Of a DNA stretch of 64,000 nt, positions 1 to 10,029 are shown in pieces. Every line of letters starts with the position of its first letter. Position 1 is the first letter of the stretch. The notes beneath the pieces are model-generated. The model did not search any database. It was not told where the DNA came from and saw only the letters and a list, made by a program, of their open reading frames with translations. Source of the DNA: an uncultured delta proteobacterium (lineage in GTDB: Bacteria > Myxococcota_A > Polyangia > Fen-1088); assembly GCA_963737265.1 (NCBI GenBank), contig CAVTRY010000018.1:64001-128000 (forward strand). Reading direction: 5' to 3'. The position numbers and the translations under genes were made by a program.

Positions 1-84
1 AGCCATCAGCGACGCGGCCTCGGAGCTCTTGTCGCTCGGCCCAACCGAAACAACGGCGCGGGTCATCCACTCGGAAACCAACAT
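1..84 (-). CDS. CBS-domain protein, N-terminal part (runs off the window edge)
   Basis: My translation from ATG at 84 is MLVSEWMTRAVVSVGPSDKSSEAASLMA, a typical CBS-domain start. Not in the ORF track because it is truncated. Confidence 0.6.
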   Translation of the reverse strand, partial: MLVSEWMTRAVVSVGPSDKSSEAASLMA

Positions 85-132
85 TCAGTCCATGATGCGG
101 GTTTCCGCGCGGACTGCAAGCGGCGCTTTCGC

Positions 133-1515
133 TTACGCGCGGGGCGCCGGAATTTCCTGTGCTGGATGCCTGGGCTGGGCGGCGGCAAGCAAGCTCTGGC
201 GCACCATGCCCACGTGGTCGCGCAGTAGGTAGAGTTGATCGGCGAAGGACGGGGGTGTCTTGAGCTGATTGACCGAATGCTCGATGGCGGCGATCCGCTT
301 AAGGAGCCTGTCCTGGTCTTCGGGCGTTGGCCGCGCCAGCATTTCGCGTTCGATGGTCATGAGGGCGCCATACCAGCGATAGATGCGCGAACGCATCCGC
401 CACCGGTACAAGGTGGGCACGATCCGGGTGGCGGGGACGAGAATCACCAAGAGCGGAACGATGACGATGATCAGCCGGTCGATCAGACTTGCCATCCAAA
501 AGGGCAGTTTCTTATACAGGAATTGAGCGCCCGACTTATAATAGCGTTCGGCATCGCTGCTGATGGGGAAGTCGCGTGCGAGTGGCGCTGGGTATTCGCC
601 GGCGTTGCGGAACAGACCCGGCCCGCCGTGCACCTCGCGGGCGGCGCCAATGAGCAAGTCCGACAGCGCGGGGTGCAAATCTTGGCGGGCAACCAGCTCG
701 ACGGTGGGCCCCACCAAGGTCAACGATCGCGGTGGTTCATTCTTGCCCAAGTCGTAGGCTCCTTCCGGCAAGGTCAATTTGGAAAGAAAACGGAACTTGC
801 GCAGGTAACCGTCGGCCTGGCGGAAATTCGCGATTTCGATGTCGGGGTTGTCGCGAAGTTTGCGCATGATCACGGGGGTGGCCGAATCGCCCATCAAGAA
901 GGCTGCGTCGATCTTGCCAGCGATGAGCTCGTTCGCGGCTTCCTCACCGGCCAGCTCCAGCAACACCGTGGGCCCGGTGTCCATTTCATTGGCTTTCAGC
1001 AGGTTCAAGGCCAAGGCGCGCGCGCCGCTGCCCTCGGGGCCGATGGCCAGCCGCTTGCCTTTGAGCTGCGCGAGCCGCTCGACCGGCTCGGCGGACCGGT
1101 AATAAACCATCAGGGGTTGCGCGAAAACAGAGCCCAGCGAAACCAGGCGGCTGATGTCCACGCCGTCGGTCAGTCCGCCCTGCACGAAGGCCACGTCGGC
1201 TTTTACTTTCGGATTGGCCAGTTGATGGAGATTGTCGAGCGCCCCATGCGACGGTAGGACAACCACCTTGACGCCGTAATGCTCGATGATCTTCTTGTAC
1301 TTCTCGGCGTTCAGTCGATAGCTGCTGCCGTCGGGTCCGCTGAGAATGCGGATCGTGGTGGGCGCGGGGTGGACCAGCTTTTGCGTCACCAGGATGCCTG
1401 CGCTCAATAGGGCCAGCAGCGGCAGCCCGAGGTAGAGGGTGCCACGCCACGACAGCAGGGAGGACCTCCAGTGCGCTTCGGTGGGATCGTACCTGCTTGA
1501 TTTGCGCATTCTCAT
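133..1515 (-). CDS. TAXI-family TRAP transporter solute-binding protein with C-terminal TM extension
   Basis: Motifs SGPDGSSY, SHGALDNL, DVAFVQGG, IGPEGSG and IDAAF, with N- and C-terminal hydrophobic helices. ATG at 1515 overlaps the upstream TGA (ATGA). Confidence 0.85.
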   Translation of the reverse strand: MRMRKSSRYDPTEAHWRSSLLSWRGTLYLGLPLLALLSAGILVTQKLVHPAPTTIRILSGPDGSSYRLNAEKYKKIIEHYGVKVVVLPSHGALDNLHQLANPKVKADVAFVQGGLTDGVDISRLVSLGSVFAQPLMVYYRSAEPVERLAQLKGKRLAIGPEGSGARALALNLLKANEMDTGPTVLLELAGEEAANELIAGKIDAAFLMGDSATPVIMRKLRDNPDIEIANFRQADGYLRKFRFLSKLTLPEGAYDLGKNEPPRSLTLVGPTVELVARQDLHPALSDLLIGAAREVHGGPGLFRNAGEYPAPLARDFPISSDAERYYKSGAQFLYKKLPFWMASLIDRLIIVIVPLLVILVPATRIVPTLYRWRMRSRIYRWYGALMTIEREMLARPTPEDQDRLLKRIAAIEHSVNQLKTPPSFADQLYLLRDHVGMVRQSLLAAAQPRHPAQEIPAPRA

Positions 1516-3044
1516 GGATGGTCCGATTCTAGCCTGACTCGCGCAGTCCACACGTCGAGCGTGTCCTTGGAGCCTCGGGCACGAATGCCGTTGTCGGTGA
1601 GGATCTCCTCGGTTGCCGCCAGGGCCTGCTTGCGGTCGAATACCAGATCTTCACTGCCCTGTCCGGCGAGCTCGACGACGACGTAGGCGTCGTGACTATC
1701 GCGCAGCACCTGCACCAGGTGGCGCAGGTTCTTGATGGCGATGCGGTTGACGGCGGCGACCACGTGTCCGGCTGGGCTGCCATAGCCGGTGGACATTTTA
1801 TCGGGGAAGAGCGGCGAGGCCACCACGACGATCTCTTCGCCCGGGAACGCTGGCGGCTCGAACAGCCGCGAGGCCAGCGCGGTGCCGATCGAGCCCGACC
1901 CGCCGTAGCTGCGTAGCCCTTGCAGCGACGCCGCCGAAAACACCAGCGGGCCGTAGATGAAGTACGACGGGTAGGTGCCCGGCAGGTCGGGAACCACCAT
2001 GGGTCGGCTGGAGGCGAGCGGCACCTCGATGGTCATCGGTTTGCCACCGCGGACGATGGTCAGGGAAACCTTGCCATTCTTCGCCAGCTTTTGAATCAGG
2101 TAGGCGAAGCGTACGCGCAGGTTGTTGCCCAGGTTCACCATCCCTTGGTCATCGATGTTGGTGTCCCCGATGCGCGTGATGAGGTCCCACTTCTTGAGCG
2201 GATAGTTTGCCGTCGCGGCGACCGGCTTGTGCACCACGATGCCCTCCACGGATTTGTCGAGCTTGAGGAAGGCGCGCAGGGCCGGGTTCTCCAGAGTCTG
2301 CAGCTCGTCGTACATGCTGGGCTTGCCGTCGAATTTGCCGTCGGCCACGTCGCGCAGGTAGAGCTCGATCTCCTCGCACGGGATGATGTAGCCGATGTTC
2401 TGCGCGTTGCCGAGCTGGCCGAACGCGAGCCCGATCATCTTGTCGTCGGCGATGACGGGACCGCCGCTGTTGCCGTGGTTGATGGCCGCATCCACTTGAA
2501 TGCGCAGCCCGGACTGATTGGTGCTGTACGGGGTGAATTCGATGCGCGAAACGATGCCCTTGGTGACCGACAGGCTCGACCCGCCGGTGGGATATCCGTA
2601 GACCATCACGGTGTCCTTCACCGCGGGCAGGCGATCGGCGCGGGGGACCGCCGGTCGCGTGTCGAAGAAGGTCTCGTCGTCCAGCTTCAGCACCGCCAGG
2701 TCCATGTCAGGCGAGATGGACAGCACCTGGGCCGCGACCTTGTCGCCAGCGTGGTTGGCTTGGACCTGAATCTGGCTGGCGAAGGTGACCACGTGGGCGT
2801 TGGTCAGGATGCGCTTGCCGTCGATGATGACCCCGCTGCCGGTCAGCTCGTGAGGGGCCTGCTTGGTCCACGGCTTGCCGAAGTCGGGGTCGCGGCGGGT
2901 GGCAAAGACCTGTACGGTGGAATTCCCGATGACGTCCGCGCCCGGGGCGGCCAATACCGGCTTGGCCGTCTCGGCCGCCACCACGGCAGAGGCGGTGGTA
3001 ACTAGATAGGCGAGGAGGAGAGGCGCGGGGGCGGTGATTTTCAT
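1512..3044 (-). CDS. HtrA/DegP-like trypsin serine protease with PDZ domains
   Basis: Catalytic triad motifs LTNAHV, DLAVL and AAINHGNSGGP, plus a signal peptide. Start set at ATG 3044, which lies 7 nt after TATAAT. Confidence 0.9.
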   Translation of the reverse strand: MKITAPAPLLLAYLVTTASAVVAAETAKPVLAAPGADVIGNSTVQVFATRRDPDFGKPWTKQAPHELTGSGVIIDGKRILTNAHVVTFASQIQVQANHAGDKVAAQVLSISPDMDLAVLKLDDETFFDTRPAVPRADRLPAVKDTVMVYGYPTGGSSLSVTKGIVSRIEFTPYSTNQSGLRIQVDAAINHGNSGGPVIADDKMIGLAFGQLGNAQNIGYIIPCEEIELYLRDVADGKFDGKPSMYDELQTLENPALRAFLKLDKSVEGIVVHKPVAATANYPLKKWDLITRIGDTNIDDQGMVNLGNNLRVRFAYLIQKLAKNGKVSLTIVRGGKPMTIEVPLASSRPMVVPDLPGTYPSYFIYGPLVFSAASLQGLRSYGGSGSIGTALASRLFEPPAFPGEEIVVVASPLFPDKMSTGYGSPAGHVVAAVNRIAIKNLRHLVQVLRDSHDAYVVVELAGQGSEDLVFDRKQALAATEEILTDNGIRARGSKDTLDVWTARVRLESDHP

Positions 3045-3157
3045 ACCGGGCATTATAGACGATGTCCCTGCTGCACGGCGGCTCGGGCCGCTGGATGCGT
3101 AGCGCCAGCTAGCACCGACTCTTTTTTTTCGTAGCACAGCCCGCGAAAAGAGGAGCC

Positions 3158-4231
3158 TTATCTACCCCTGCCTTCGCGCCGAGCCTCGGCTCGAAGAGTG
3201 GCCGGACTTGCTGGCGGATTGTCCTCGTCGGGGAAGTTGAGAGGCGCTTTCCCCGGCTTGAGGTGGCGGACGGCCCGGTCGTACCCCCTTGCTGCGACAG
3301 CTTCACTTTTCCACTGGCCCATGTGGTACCTCTCGCCAGCGCAAGTGAGCGTCACCTGCCAAGGACGACGCCAACTACGCCGGTTATAGGAAACCCCGAG
3401 ATAGCGACTGGTATAGCTGACTTGGCTGCGTCTCTTTACGTCCTGACGAGCCTCCACTCGAAGATCCGATGGGCTTGTTGGCGTAAGAGTACGGAACGGG
3501 AAGTTGAGCTTCTCGGTTGGCCCACCTAAGAAGAGCATGGCCCGATCGCGCGCCTCGGCTGCCTTATCCTCGCTCCACCAAGTTCCGAGAAAGTAAGGTC
3601 CAACCGTCGCTATCCAGCCACGAGGTGCATGGGTAACGCCATGGTGTTGGCTGCTGGTACGGGCCTTGTACGCTCGATGAGCTTCGGCCCGGAGCTGGGC
3701 GGCGTCGGCCGGACGCAATCGTCGTCTGGGGAAGTTCCTCTGGCCCTGCTCGCCATGATACAGGAGCACGGCTCGATCGTGGGCTTCGGCTGCTCCTTTG
3801 GCGCTAGCCCAAACCCCCAGCCGCTCGTACTTGCCGTTGGCACGAACGACAGCCGTCCAAGACTTGTTCGCCGTCCCCGAGTGAAAGACTCCGAAGTACC
3901 CGCTTTGGGCACGCACCCCTCTCGCTTGGCCAGCCTCGACCTGTAGTTGCTTGAAATCCGCGGGCTTGAGTCGCCGCTCGGGAAAGTTCCGCCGAGCCGT
4001 CGTGCCGCGGTACTGGAGAACCGCTCGATCGAAGGCGATGGCCGCCCCTTCCTCAGTTGGCCAGGTTCCCAGATGTTTCAGCACGCGCCCGATCCACACT
4101 TTGGCCATCCAGCGCTTCTCGTCGACTCTTTTCACGCCTCTATAGGGGATCTCCCGCTTCCGCACGTGCAATCGCCCAGGCTTGGCGCGCAATTTGGTCT
4201 TTGTGCTCACAGGCGGCTTGTCCATGGTCAT
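3158..4231 (-). CDS. Protein with four tandem AP2/ERF-like DNA-binding domains
   Basis: Four units of (Y/H)xGV...W...(L/M)GxW...AA...DRA...NFP, starting YRGV, YFGV, HHGV and YLGV. Confidence 0.8.
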   Translation of the reverse strand: MTMDKPPVSTKTKLRAKPGRLHVRKREIPYRGVKRVDEKRWMAKVWIGRVLKHLGTWPTEEGAAIAFDRAVLQYRGTTARRNFPERRLKPADFKQLQVEAGQARGVRAQSGYFGVFHSGTANKSWTAVVRANGKYERLGVWASAKGAAEAHDRAVLLYHGEQGQRNFPRRRLRPADAAQLRAEAHRAYKARTSSQHHGVTHAPRGWIATVGPYFLGTWWSEDKAAEARDRAMLFLGGPTEKLNFPFRTLTPTSPSDLRVEARQDVKRRSQVSYTSRYLGVSYNRRSWRRPWQVTLTCAGERYHMGQWKSEAVAARGYDRAVRHLKPGKAPLNFPDEDNPPASPATLRAEARREGRGR

Positions 4232-4576
4232 GGAAAAATTTGAAGGAATTTACCAGGAACCGGCGGCCCGCAGGGGGCGCGTAGCCGCCCTATCGAAACG
4301 ATCCACGGCCGTCGAATGCTTCCTCGCTTACTTCAACCTGCGCGATGTGCTTGACGAGATCGAGGTGATGCGTCTTCCCATTTCGCTCGCGACTATAGCG
4401 AAAGCGGCGCTTTCTGACTATTGTCTATGCGAGCCAGGCGAAAACAGTGCAAACAGGGGTTGGGTCGAGACAAAGCCCTGATCGCTGCGCCCACTGGATT
4501 GTCCAAGGTCCCAAGCACACTCGGTTTCGGGGGCGCCACCGCTGGCTTCTTGGCATACAATGCTCCCCGCCCCCCA

Positions 4577-5174
4577 GGTTCGAACAAGCCTTCCGCAACA
4601 TCGACGAGGTCCTTCGCAAGGCCAGAACTTCCCCATCCGCACGGGAGAGACCGCGTTCCTGTTCCTGCAACACTTCATCCGCATGCTCAAGGCCCCTGGC
4701 CGTGGCGCCGTGGTCATCAAGAACACCTTCCTGTCCAACACCGACAACGCATCCGTCAGCCTGCGCAAGCACCTGCTCGAAAGCTGCAACCTACACGCCG
4801 TCCTCGACTGCCCCGGCGGCACCTTCCAGGGCGCCGGCGTGAAGACCGTGGTGCTCTTCTTCGACAAAGGCTCGGCCACGCGCAAGACCTGGTTCTACCA
4901 GCTCGACCCCGGCCGCAACCTGGGCAAGACCAATCCCCTCAACGACGACGACCTGGCCGAGTTCGTGAAGCTGCAAAAGACCAAGGCCGACTCGCCCAAG
5001 AGCTGGACTATCGACGCCAAGACCATCGACCAAACCACCTTCGACCTGTCGGTGAAGAACCCCAACGGCAACGAGGAAATCACCCACCGCAGCCCCAAGA
5101 AGATCATGGACGAGATCGCCGCGCTCGAGGCGGAGAGCGCGAAGGTGCTGAAGAAGATTAGGGAGCTGGTGTGA
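4577..5174 (+). pseudogene. hsdM: Type I RM methyltransferase with large internal deletion (N-terminal stub joined to C-terminal part)
   Basis: FEQAFRNIDEVLRK (HsdM N-terminus, with AGG at the start position) is joined out of frame to QNFPIRTGETAFLFLQHFI...GVKTVVLFF...GRNLGKTNPL. The SAM-binding and NPPF motifs are absent. Confidence 0.85.
4834..4984 (+). repeat. 151-bp direct repeat, copy 1 (hsdM 3' segment); copy 2 at 6581-6731
   Basis: Manual alignment gives 7 mismatches in 151 nt. Confidence 0.9.
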
Positions 5175-5217
5175 GCTTGCCCGGGACACCCAGCGGCGTG
5201 GCCGAGATCGCCGCGTC

Positions 5218-5865
5218 TCAGCGTTTGCGATGGCGTGGCCGCCAAGTCGGCAGCAAGGACACAAGTGCCCACGGTGCCGGAGCATCGAGCGCGAACCAGA
5301 CCTCGCTGCCGCGGCGTTCGGCCATCAAGAAGGGCTCTCCTACGGAAGAGCCATTGAAATAGACCAGCGCTCTCGTCGCGTGCTGCCAGAACCAGGGGAG
5401 ATTCTCAAGCGAGCGCGGCCACCTCTTTCGAATTTTGCCCACTGGCACGTCGTGCCCATTACGCGCCACGCGCGCAGCCACACGCGCTATGGCTTCTTCG
5501 ACCGAGCCGAGAACCACGTACACGAACAGGACCTGAAAGCCCTTCCTCAGCGCAGCGCGGACGATGGGCTTGTACTTGTCGGTGCTGAGAACGGTTTCGA
5601 TGACAAACGACCGATCGGCGCGCTTGACCAGATCCCGCACCCTGCGCGCGCATTCGTTGGCGGCTCTGACGTTTGCCTCTTCCAGGGGTAGCCGCGGCTC
5701 GAAGCGCCGGATCTCTTGGGTGATGAGATCCGGGTTGATGACCTCTATCTCAGGGCCCTGGGCCTCGATCAGCACGCGCAGGGTCGCATGGTTCTGGGCG
5801 AAGGTGGACTTGCCAGCACCGTTGATGCCCGCGACTAGCACGAACCATGGGGCGCTGGCTCTCAT
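5218..5865 (-). CDS. Zeta-toxin-like / COG4185-type P-loop ATPase
   Basis: AGINGAGKST Walker A, INPD, SFVIETVLS and RVARNGHDVP. Confidence 0.8.
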   Translation of the reverse strand: MRASAPWFVLVAGINGAGKSTFAQNHATLRVLIEAQGPEIEVINPDLITQEIRRFEPRLPLEEANVRAANECARRVRDLVKRADRSFVIETVLSTDKYKPIVRAALRKGFQVLFVYVVLGSVEEAIARVAARVARNGHDVPVGKIRKRWPRSLENLPWFWQHATRALVYFNGSSVGEPFLMAERRGSEVWFALDAPAPWALVSLLPTWRPRHRKR

Positions 5866-6119
5866 ACTCGGTTGGCGTTGCGCCCGTTGGCCCGCTTCAC
5901 CTGCCGTACAGCGGTGCGAAATGCCGTGGTCAGGTGCATGGCTAGTTCCGGACTATCGAGCCGTGCGCGGACGCCAGACCTGGTTCGTCCCCCTCGGCCC
6001 TGTTCCAAATCCTGGACCGCCACCTTCTTCATTGCCAGACCGCCGCGACCGGCCGCCTTGCGGGCGACGAAGGTCCATCGTGTCTTTGCTGGGGTGGCCG
6101 CCGCAGCCGAGCGTTTCAT
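5862..6119 (-). CDS. Small basic hypothetical protein coupled to the ATPase (putative partner/antitoxin)
   Basis: 85 aa, 4-nt ATGA overlap with the ATPase, and TAGACT 6 nt before the ATG. Confidence 0.55.
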   Translation of the reverse strand: MKRSAAAATPAKTRWTFVARKAAGRGGLAMKKVAVQDLEQGRGGRTRSGVRARLDSPELAMHLTTAFRTAVRQVKRANGRNANRV

Positions 6120-6226
6120 GGCGTCAGTCTAGCATGTCAGCTATCGCATGGTTCGATCGTTCCCTGTGGAGTCCTCGCCCAGGTGGATCCGGGTGTTCGA
6201 GGCTTCCTTTCTGGTAGCCTTTGACC

Positions 6227-6439
6227 ATGCATGCGCACAAGACAACTGTCACCGCCCACGCCGACCACGAGGTGGTCGTGCGCCTGCCAGACGATTTTCC
6301 CCCAGGAGAGGACGACGTCATCGTGATGCCACGCGCGCCCGCGCCATCGGAGCGCGAACCCGGGGCCGCCTTCGATCGTTTTCTCTCCTCCCTGCCCGCC
6401 GCCCCCCGTGGTGACACTCGAATCGTTCGATCGCGGTGA
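6227..6439 (+). CDS. Small antitoxin-like protein (no toxin follows)
   Basis: MHAHKTTVTAHADHEVVVRLPDDFPPGEDDVIV resembles the small beta-rich partners of PIN toxins. TAGCCT lies 6 nt before the ATG. Confidence 0.5.
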   Translation: MHAHKTTVTAHADHEVVVRLPDDFPPGEDDVIVMPRAPAPSEREPGAAFDRFLSSLPAAPRGDTRIVRSR

Positions 6440-6525
6440 CCTCCACCGGTGACCACCTCGTCGGCGTGGTCCCACGGACGTTGCCCGCGCGCGTGGCAGC
6501 CGGCTGGCGTACAATGCGGCCATCT

Positions 6526-6855
6526 AGGTTCGAGCAGTGCTTCCCTGACATCGAGGACGACCGCGGCCGGTGGAGCTCGTCCGGCGTGAAGACCGTCGTG
6601 CTCTTCTTCGACAAAGGCTTGGCGACGCGCAAGACCTGGTTCTACCAGCTCGACCCCGGCCGCAACCTGGGCAAGACCAATCCCTTGAGCGACGACGACC
6701 TGGCCGAGCTCGTGAAGCTGCAAAAGACCAATGTTCCCTGGTCCTGGGCAAAATCCAGGGAGCAGATCGAGGATGATGCGCTCCGTGAGCTTGGAGCCGT
6801 GGTGAAGAAGGTCCCGCAGCCAAGAAAGCCCGGAAAGCAGCCGCGCAAGCCATGA
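6526..6855 (+). pseudogene. hsdM: Second collapsed hsdM remnant fused to an unrelated C-terminal tail (possibly RhuM-like)
   Basis: Degenerate FEQCFPDIED stub, then GVKTVVLFFDKG...KLQKT, then [24 protein letters not shown]. Confidence 0.7.
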
Positions 6856-6887
6856 ACGAGGCCGAAACCCGCGCCGAGCACATCGAC
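6852..6887 (+). pseudogene. hsdR: 12-codon 5' stub of hsdR ([12 protein letters not shown])
   Basis: Matches 7685-7720 with 3 mismatches, all synonymous. Confidence 0.8.
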
Positions 6888-6937
6888 CTAGTTCCTACCA
6901 AGGCCCACCCCTTGGCATACAATGTGATGGGTCAGCC

Positions 6938-7469
6938 ATGGTCGAAACTGCTTCCCGCAAGATCCTGATTCTCGCCGGCCCAAACGGTGCCGGAGAGACG
7001 ACCTTTGCACGTGAATATCTTCCCCTGGAGGCAGGGTGCCCGGTTTTCATCAACGCGGACTTGATCGCCTCGGGCTTGTCGCCATTCGATCCCACCCAGG
7101 GTCGCGATTCGTTCCGGACGCATCATGCTGCAAATGATTCGCGAGCGCGCGGAGCGCGGCGATAGCTTCGCCTTCGAGACCACGCTCGCTGGCCGCAACT
7201 ACGCCCGCTCCATCCCGCGATGGCGGGAAGCTGGCTACAGGGTCACACTATTCTTCTTGTCCCTGCCCACGCCAGAAGCCGCCATCATCCGAGTCGCACA
7301 ACGTGTGCGTCAGGGTGGCCGCCACGTGGATGACGACGTGGTCAAGCGTCGCTTCTTCGCGGGGAAAGAGAATTTCGAGATACTCTACAAGCCCCTGGTT
7401 GACGAATGGTTTCACTACGACAACGCGGGTGCGCAGCCCGTTTTGGTGGATAAGGGGAAGAACTCGTGA
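6938..7469 (+). pseudogene. Zeta-toxin-like / COG4185-type ATPase, frameshifted
   Basis: [10 protein letters not shown] (Walker A K->E), FINADLIA, a +1 shift near 7097, then SFAFETTLAG and RVRQGGRHV. Confidence 0.8.
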
Positions 7470-7666
7470 GCAGCGCGCAGAATCGCCCAAGCACTGACGA
7501 AGTTGGAGCCATGGCCGCCCTTCGCCGCGCCCGACTGCGCGCAGAACGTGAAGCTTCGCGGACCGGAACCAGCTTGGTCGTGGTGGTGGATGGCAAGACG
7601 GTTCTGGTTCCGCCGCGCTCCGAAGCTGCCATCGACGCGGAAGAAGCCGCGAGCCGTGCCGGATAG
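7466..7666 (+). CDS. Small hypothetical partner of the ATPase
   Basis: 66 aa, GTGA overlap with the ATPase stop, sequence ALRRARLRAEREASRTGTSLVVVVDGK. Confidence 0.6.
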   Translation: MSSAQNRPSTDEVGAMAALRRARLRAEREASRTGTSLVVVVDGKTVLVPPRSEAAIDAEEAASRAG

Positions 7667-7684
7667 CCGCAACGGACGCACGCC

Positions 7685-10029
7685 ATGAACGAAGCCGAAA
7701 CCCGCGCAGAGCACATCGATCCTGCCCTCGCGGCGGCCGGCTGGGGCGTGGTCGAGGGCAGCCGCGTTCGGCGCGAGTATCCCATCACGCTGGGCCGGCT
7801 GGAGGGGCACGGGCGACGGGGCAAGCCGCTCACGGCCGACTACGTGCTCGTCTATCGCAACACCAACCTGGCCGTGGTCGAGGCCAAGGCTTGGGATCAG
7901 GCGCTGACTGAAGGCGTGGGCCAGTCCAAGAATTACGCCGACAAGCTGGCTATCCGCTTCGCCTACTCAAGCAACGGCCAGGGAGTGTACGGCATCGACA
8001 TGCAGACCGGACGCGAGGGCGAGATCCCCACCTTCCCCACGCCCGACGAGCTCTGGAACCGCACCTTTGCCAAGCAGAACGATTGGCGAGACCGCTTCGC
8101 CGCGGTGCCGTTCCCAGACAAGTCCGGTTCGTGGGATCCGCTTCTACCAAGAGATTGCTCTCAACCGCGTGCTGGAGAAGATCGCCGCGGGCAAAGATCG
8201 CATCCTGCTGACCCTGGCCACGGGCACCGGCAAGACCTCGATCGCCTTTCAGACCGCGTGGAAGCTCTTCCAAGCGCGCTGGAGCCTGGGCGGCGAGCCC
8301 ACCCGCCGGCCGCGCATCCTGTTTCTGGCCGACCGCAATACTCTGGCCAATCAGGCGTTCAACGATTTCACGTCGTTCAACGCCTTTGCCGACGACGCCA
8401 TGGTGCGGGTCAAGCCCGACGACATCCGCAAGAAGGGCAAGGTGCCCAAGAACGCCAACCTGTTCTTCACCATCTTCCAGACCTTCATGAGCGGGCCTGA
8501 AAAGGACGGCAAGCCCTCGCCCTACTTCGGCGACTACCCGCCCGACTTCTTCGACTTCATCGTCATCGACGAGTGCTACCGCGGCGGCGCCAACGACGAG
8601 AGCACCTGGCGCGGCATCCTGGAATACTTCGCCCCGGCCGTGCATCTGGGCCTGACCGCCACGCCCAAACGCAAAGACAACATCGACACCTACAAGTACT
8701 TCGGCGAGCCGGTCTTCATCTACTCGCTCAAGGACGGCATCAACGACGGCTTCCTGACGCCGTTCCGGGTAAAGCAGATCTCCACCACGCTCGACGAATA
8801 CGTCTACACGCCCGACGACAGCCTGATCGAGGGCGACATCGAGGTCGGCAAGCGCTACGTGGAAAAGGACTTCAACAAGGTCATCGAGATCAAAGAGCGC
8901 GAGGCGCACCGGGTGAGGCTGTTCATGGACCAGATCAGCCAGCACGACAAGACCCTGGTCTTCTGCGCCTCGCAGGCTCACGCGTTGGCCGCGCGCGATC
9001 TGGTCAACCAGATGAAGATCAGCAAGGATCCAGGCTACTGCCCACGCGTGACCGCGAACGACGGCGAGCTGGGCGAGGAGAACCTGCGCGCCTTTCAGGA
9101 CAACGAGAAGACCGTCCCGACCATTCTCACCACCTCGCAAAAACTGTCGACCGGTGTGGACGCGCGCAACATCCGCAACATCGTGCTCATGCGCCCCATC
9201 AACTCGATGATCGAGTTCAAGCAGATCATCGGCCGCGGTACGCGCCTGTGCGACGGCAAGGACTACTTCACCATCTACGACTTCGTGAAGGCCCACCACC
9301 ACTTCAGCGACCCCGAGTGGGACGGCGAACCGGTGGAGCCGGAGCCCAGCGAGCCAAAGGCGCCCAAGCCCTATCCGCCCGACGAGCCTGCGCCCAATCC
9401 CCAAATGGCTGACGGCACCGAGGCCAAACCTCGCCCGGCCAGGATCAAGGTCAAGCTCGCCGACGGCAAGGCGCGCACCATCCAGCACATGATGTGCACC
9501 ACCTTCTGGCACCCCGACGGCACGCCCATGTCGGCCCAACAGTTCATGGACCTGCTCTTCGGCAAGCTGCCCCGACTTCTTCAAGAACGAAGCGGAGCTG
9601 CGCGCCCTGTGGAGCGCCCCCGACACCCGCAAGCGCCTGCTCGACGGCCTGGCCGACAAAGGCTTCGGCAAGCTCCAGCTCCGCGAGATGCAGAAGATCA
9701 TCGACGCCGAAAAGAGCGACCTCTTCGACGTGCTGGCCCACGTGGCCTACGCCCTGGCGCCGCTCACCCGCGCAGAGCGCGCCCAGCACGCCAAGGTGGC
9801 CATCAACCACCGTTTCAACAGCAAGCAACATACCTTCCTCGACTTCGTGCTCTCGCACTACGTGGCCGTGGGCGTGGACGAGCTGGACCAAGACAAGCTG
9901 ACCCCGCTCCTGCGCCTGCAATGCCACGACAGCATCGCCGACGCCGTCGCCGACCTAGGCCGCGCCGACGAGATCGGCCGCGTCTTCAGCGGCTTCCAGA
10001 AGCACCTGTACGAACAGGCGGCGGCGTAG
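7685..10029 (+). pseudogene. hsdR: Type I restriction endonuclease subunit R (EcoEI/EcoAI-like), two frameshifts
   Basis: ADYVL...VEAK nuclease motif, LATGTGKT, DECY (normally DECH), GLTATP and QIIGRGTR. Frame changes near 8135 and 9571. Confidence 0.9.

Noticed and set aside
7685-10029. Functional or programmed-frameshift hsdR
   Set aside because: DECH->DECY and the lack of hsdS and an intact hsdM indicate an inactive system even if the frameshifts are sequencing errors.
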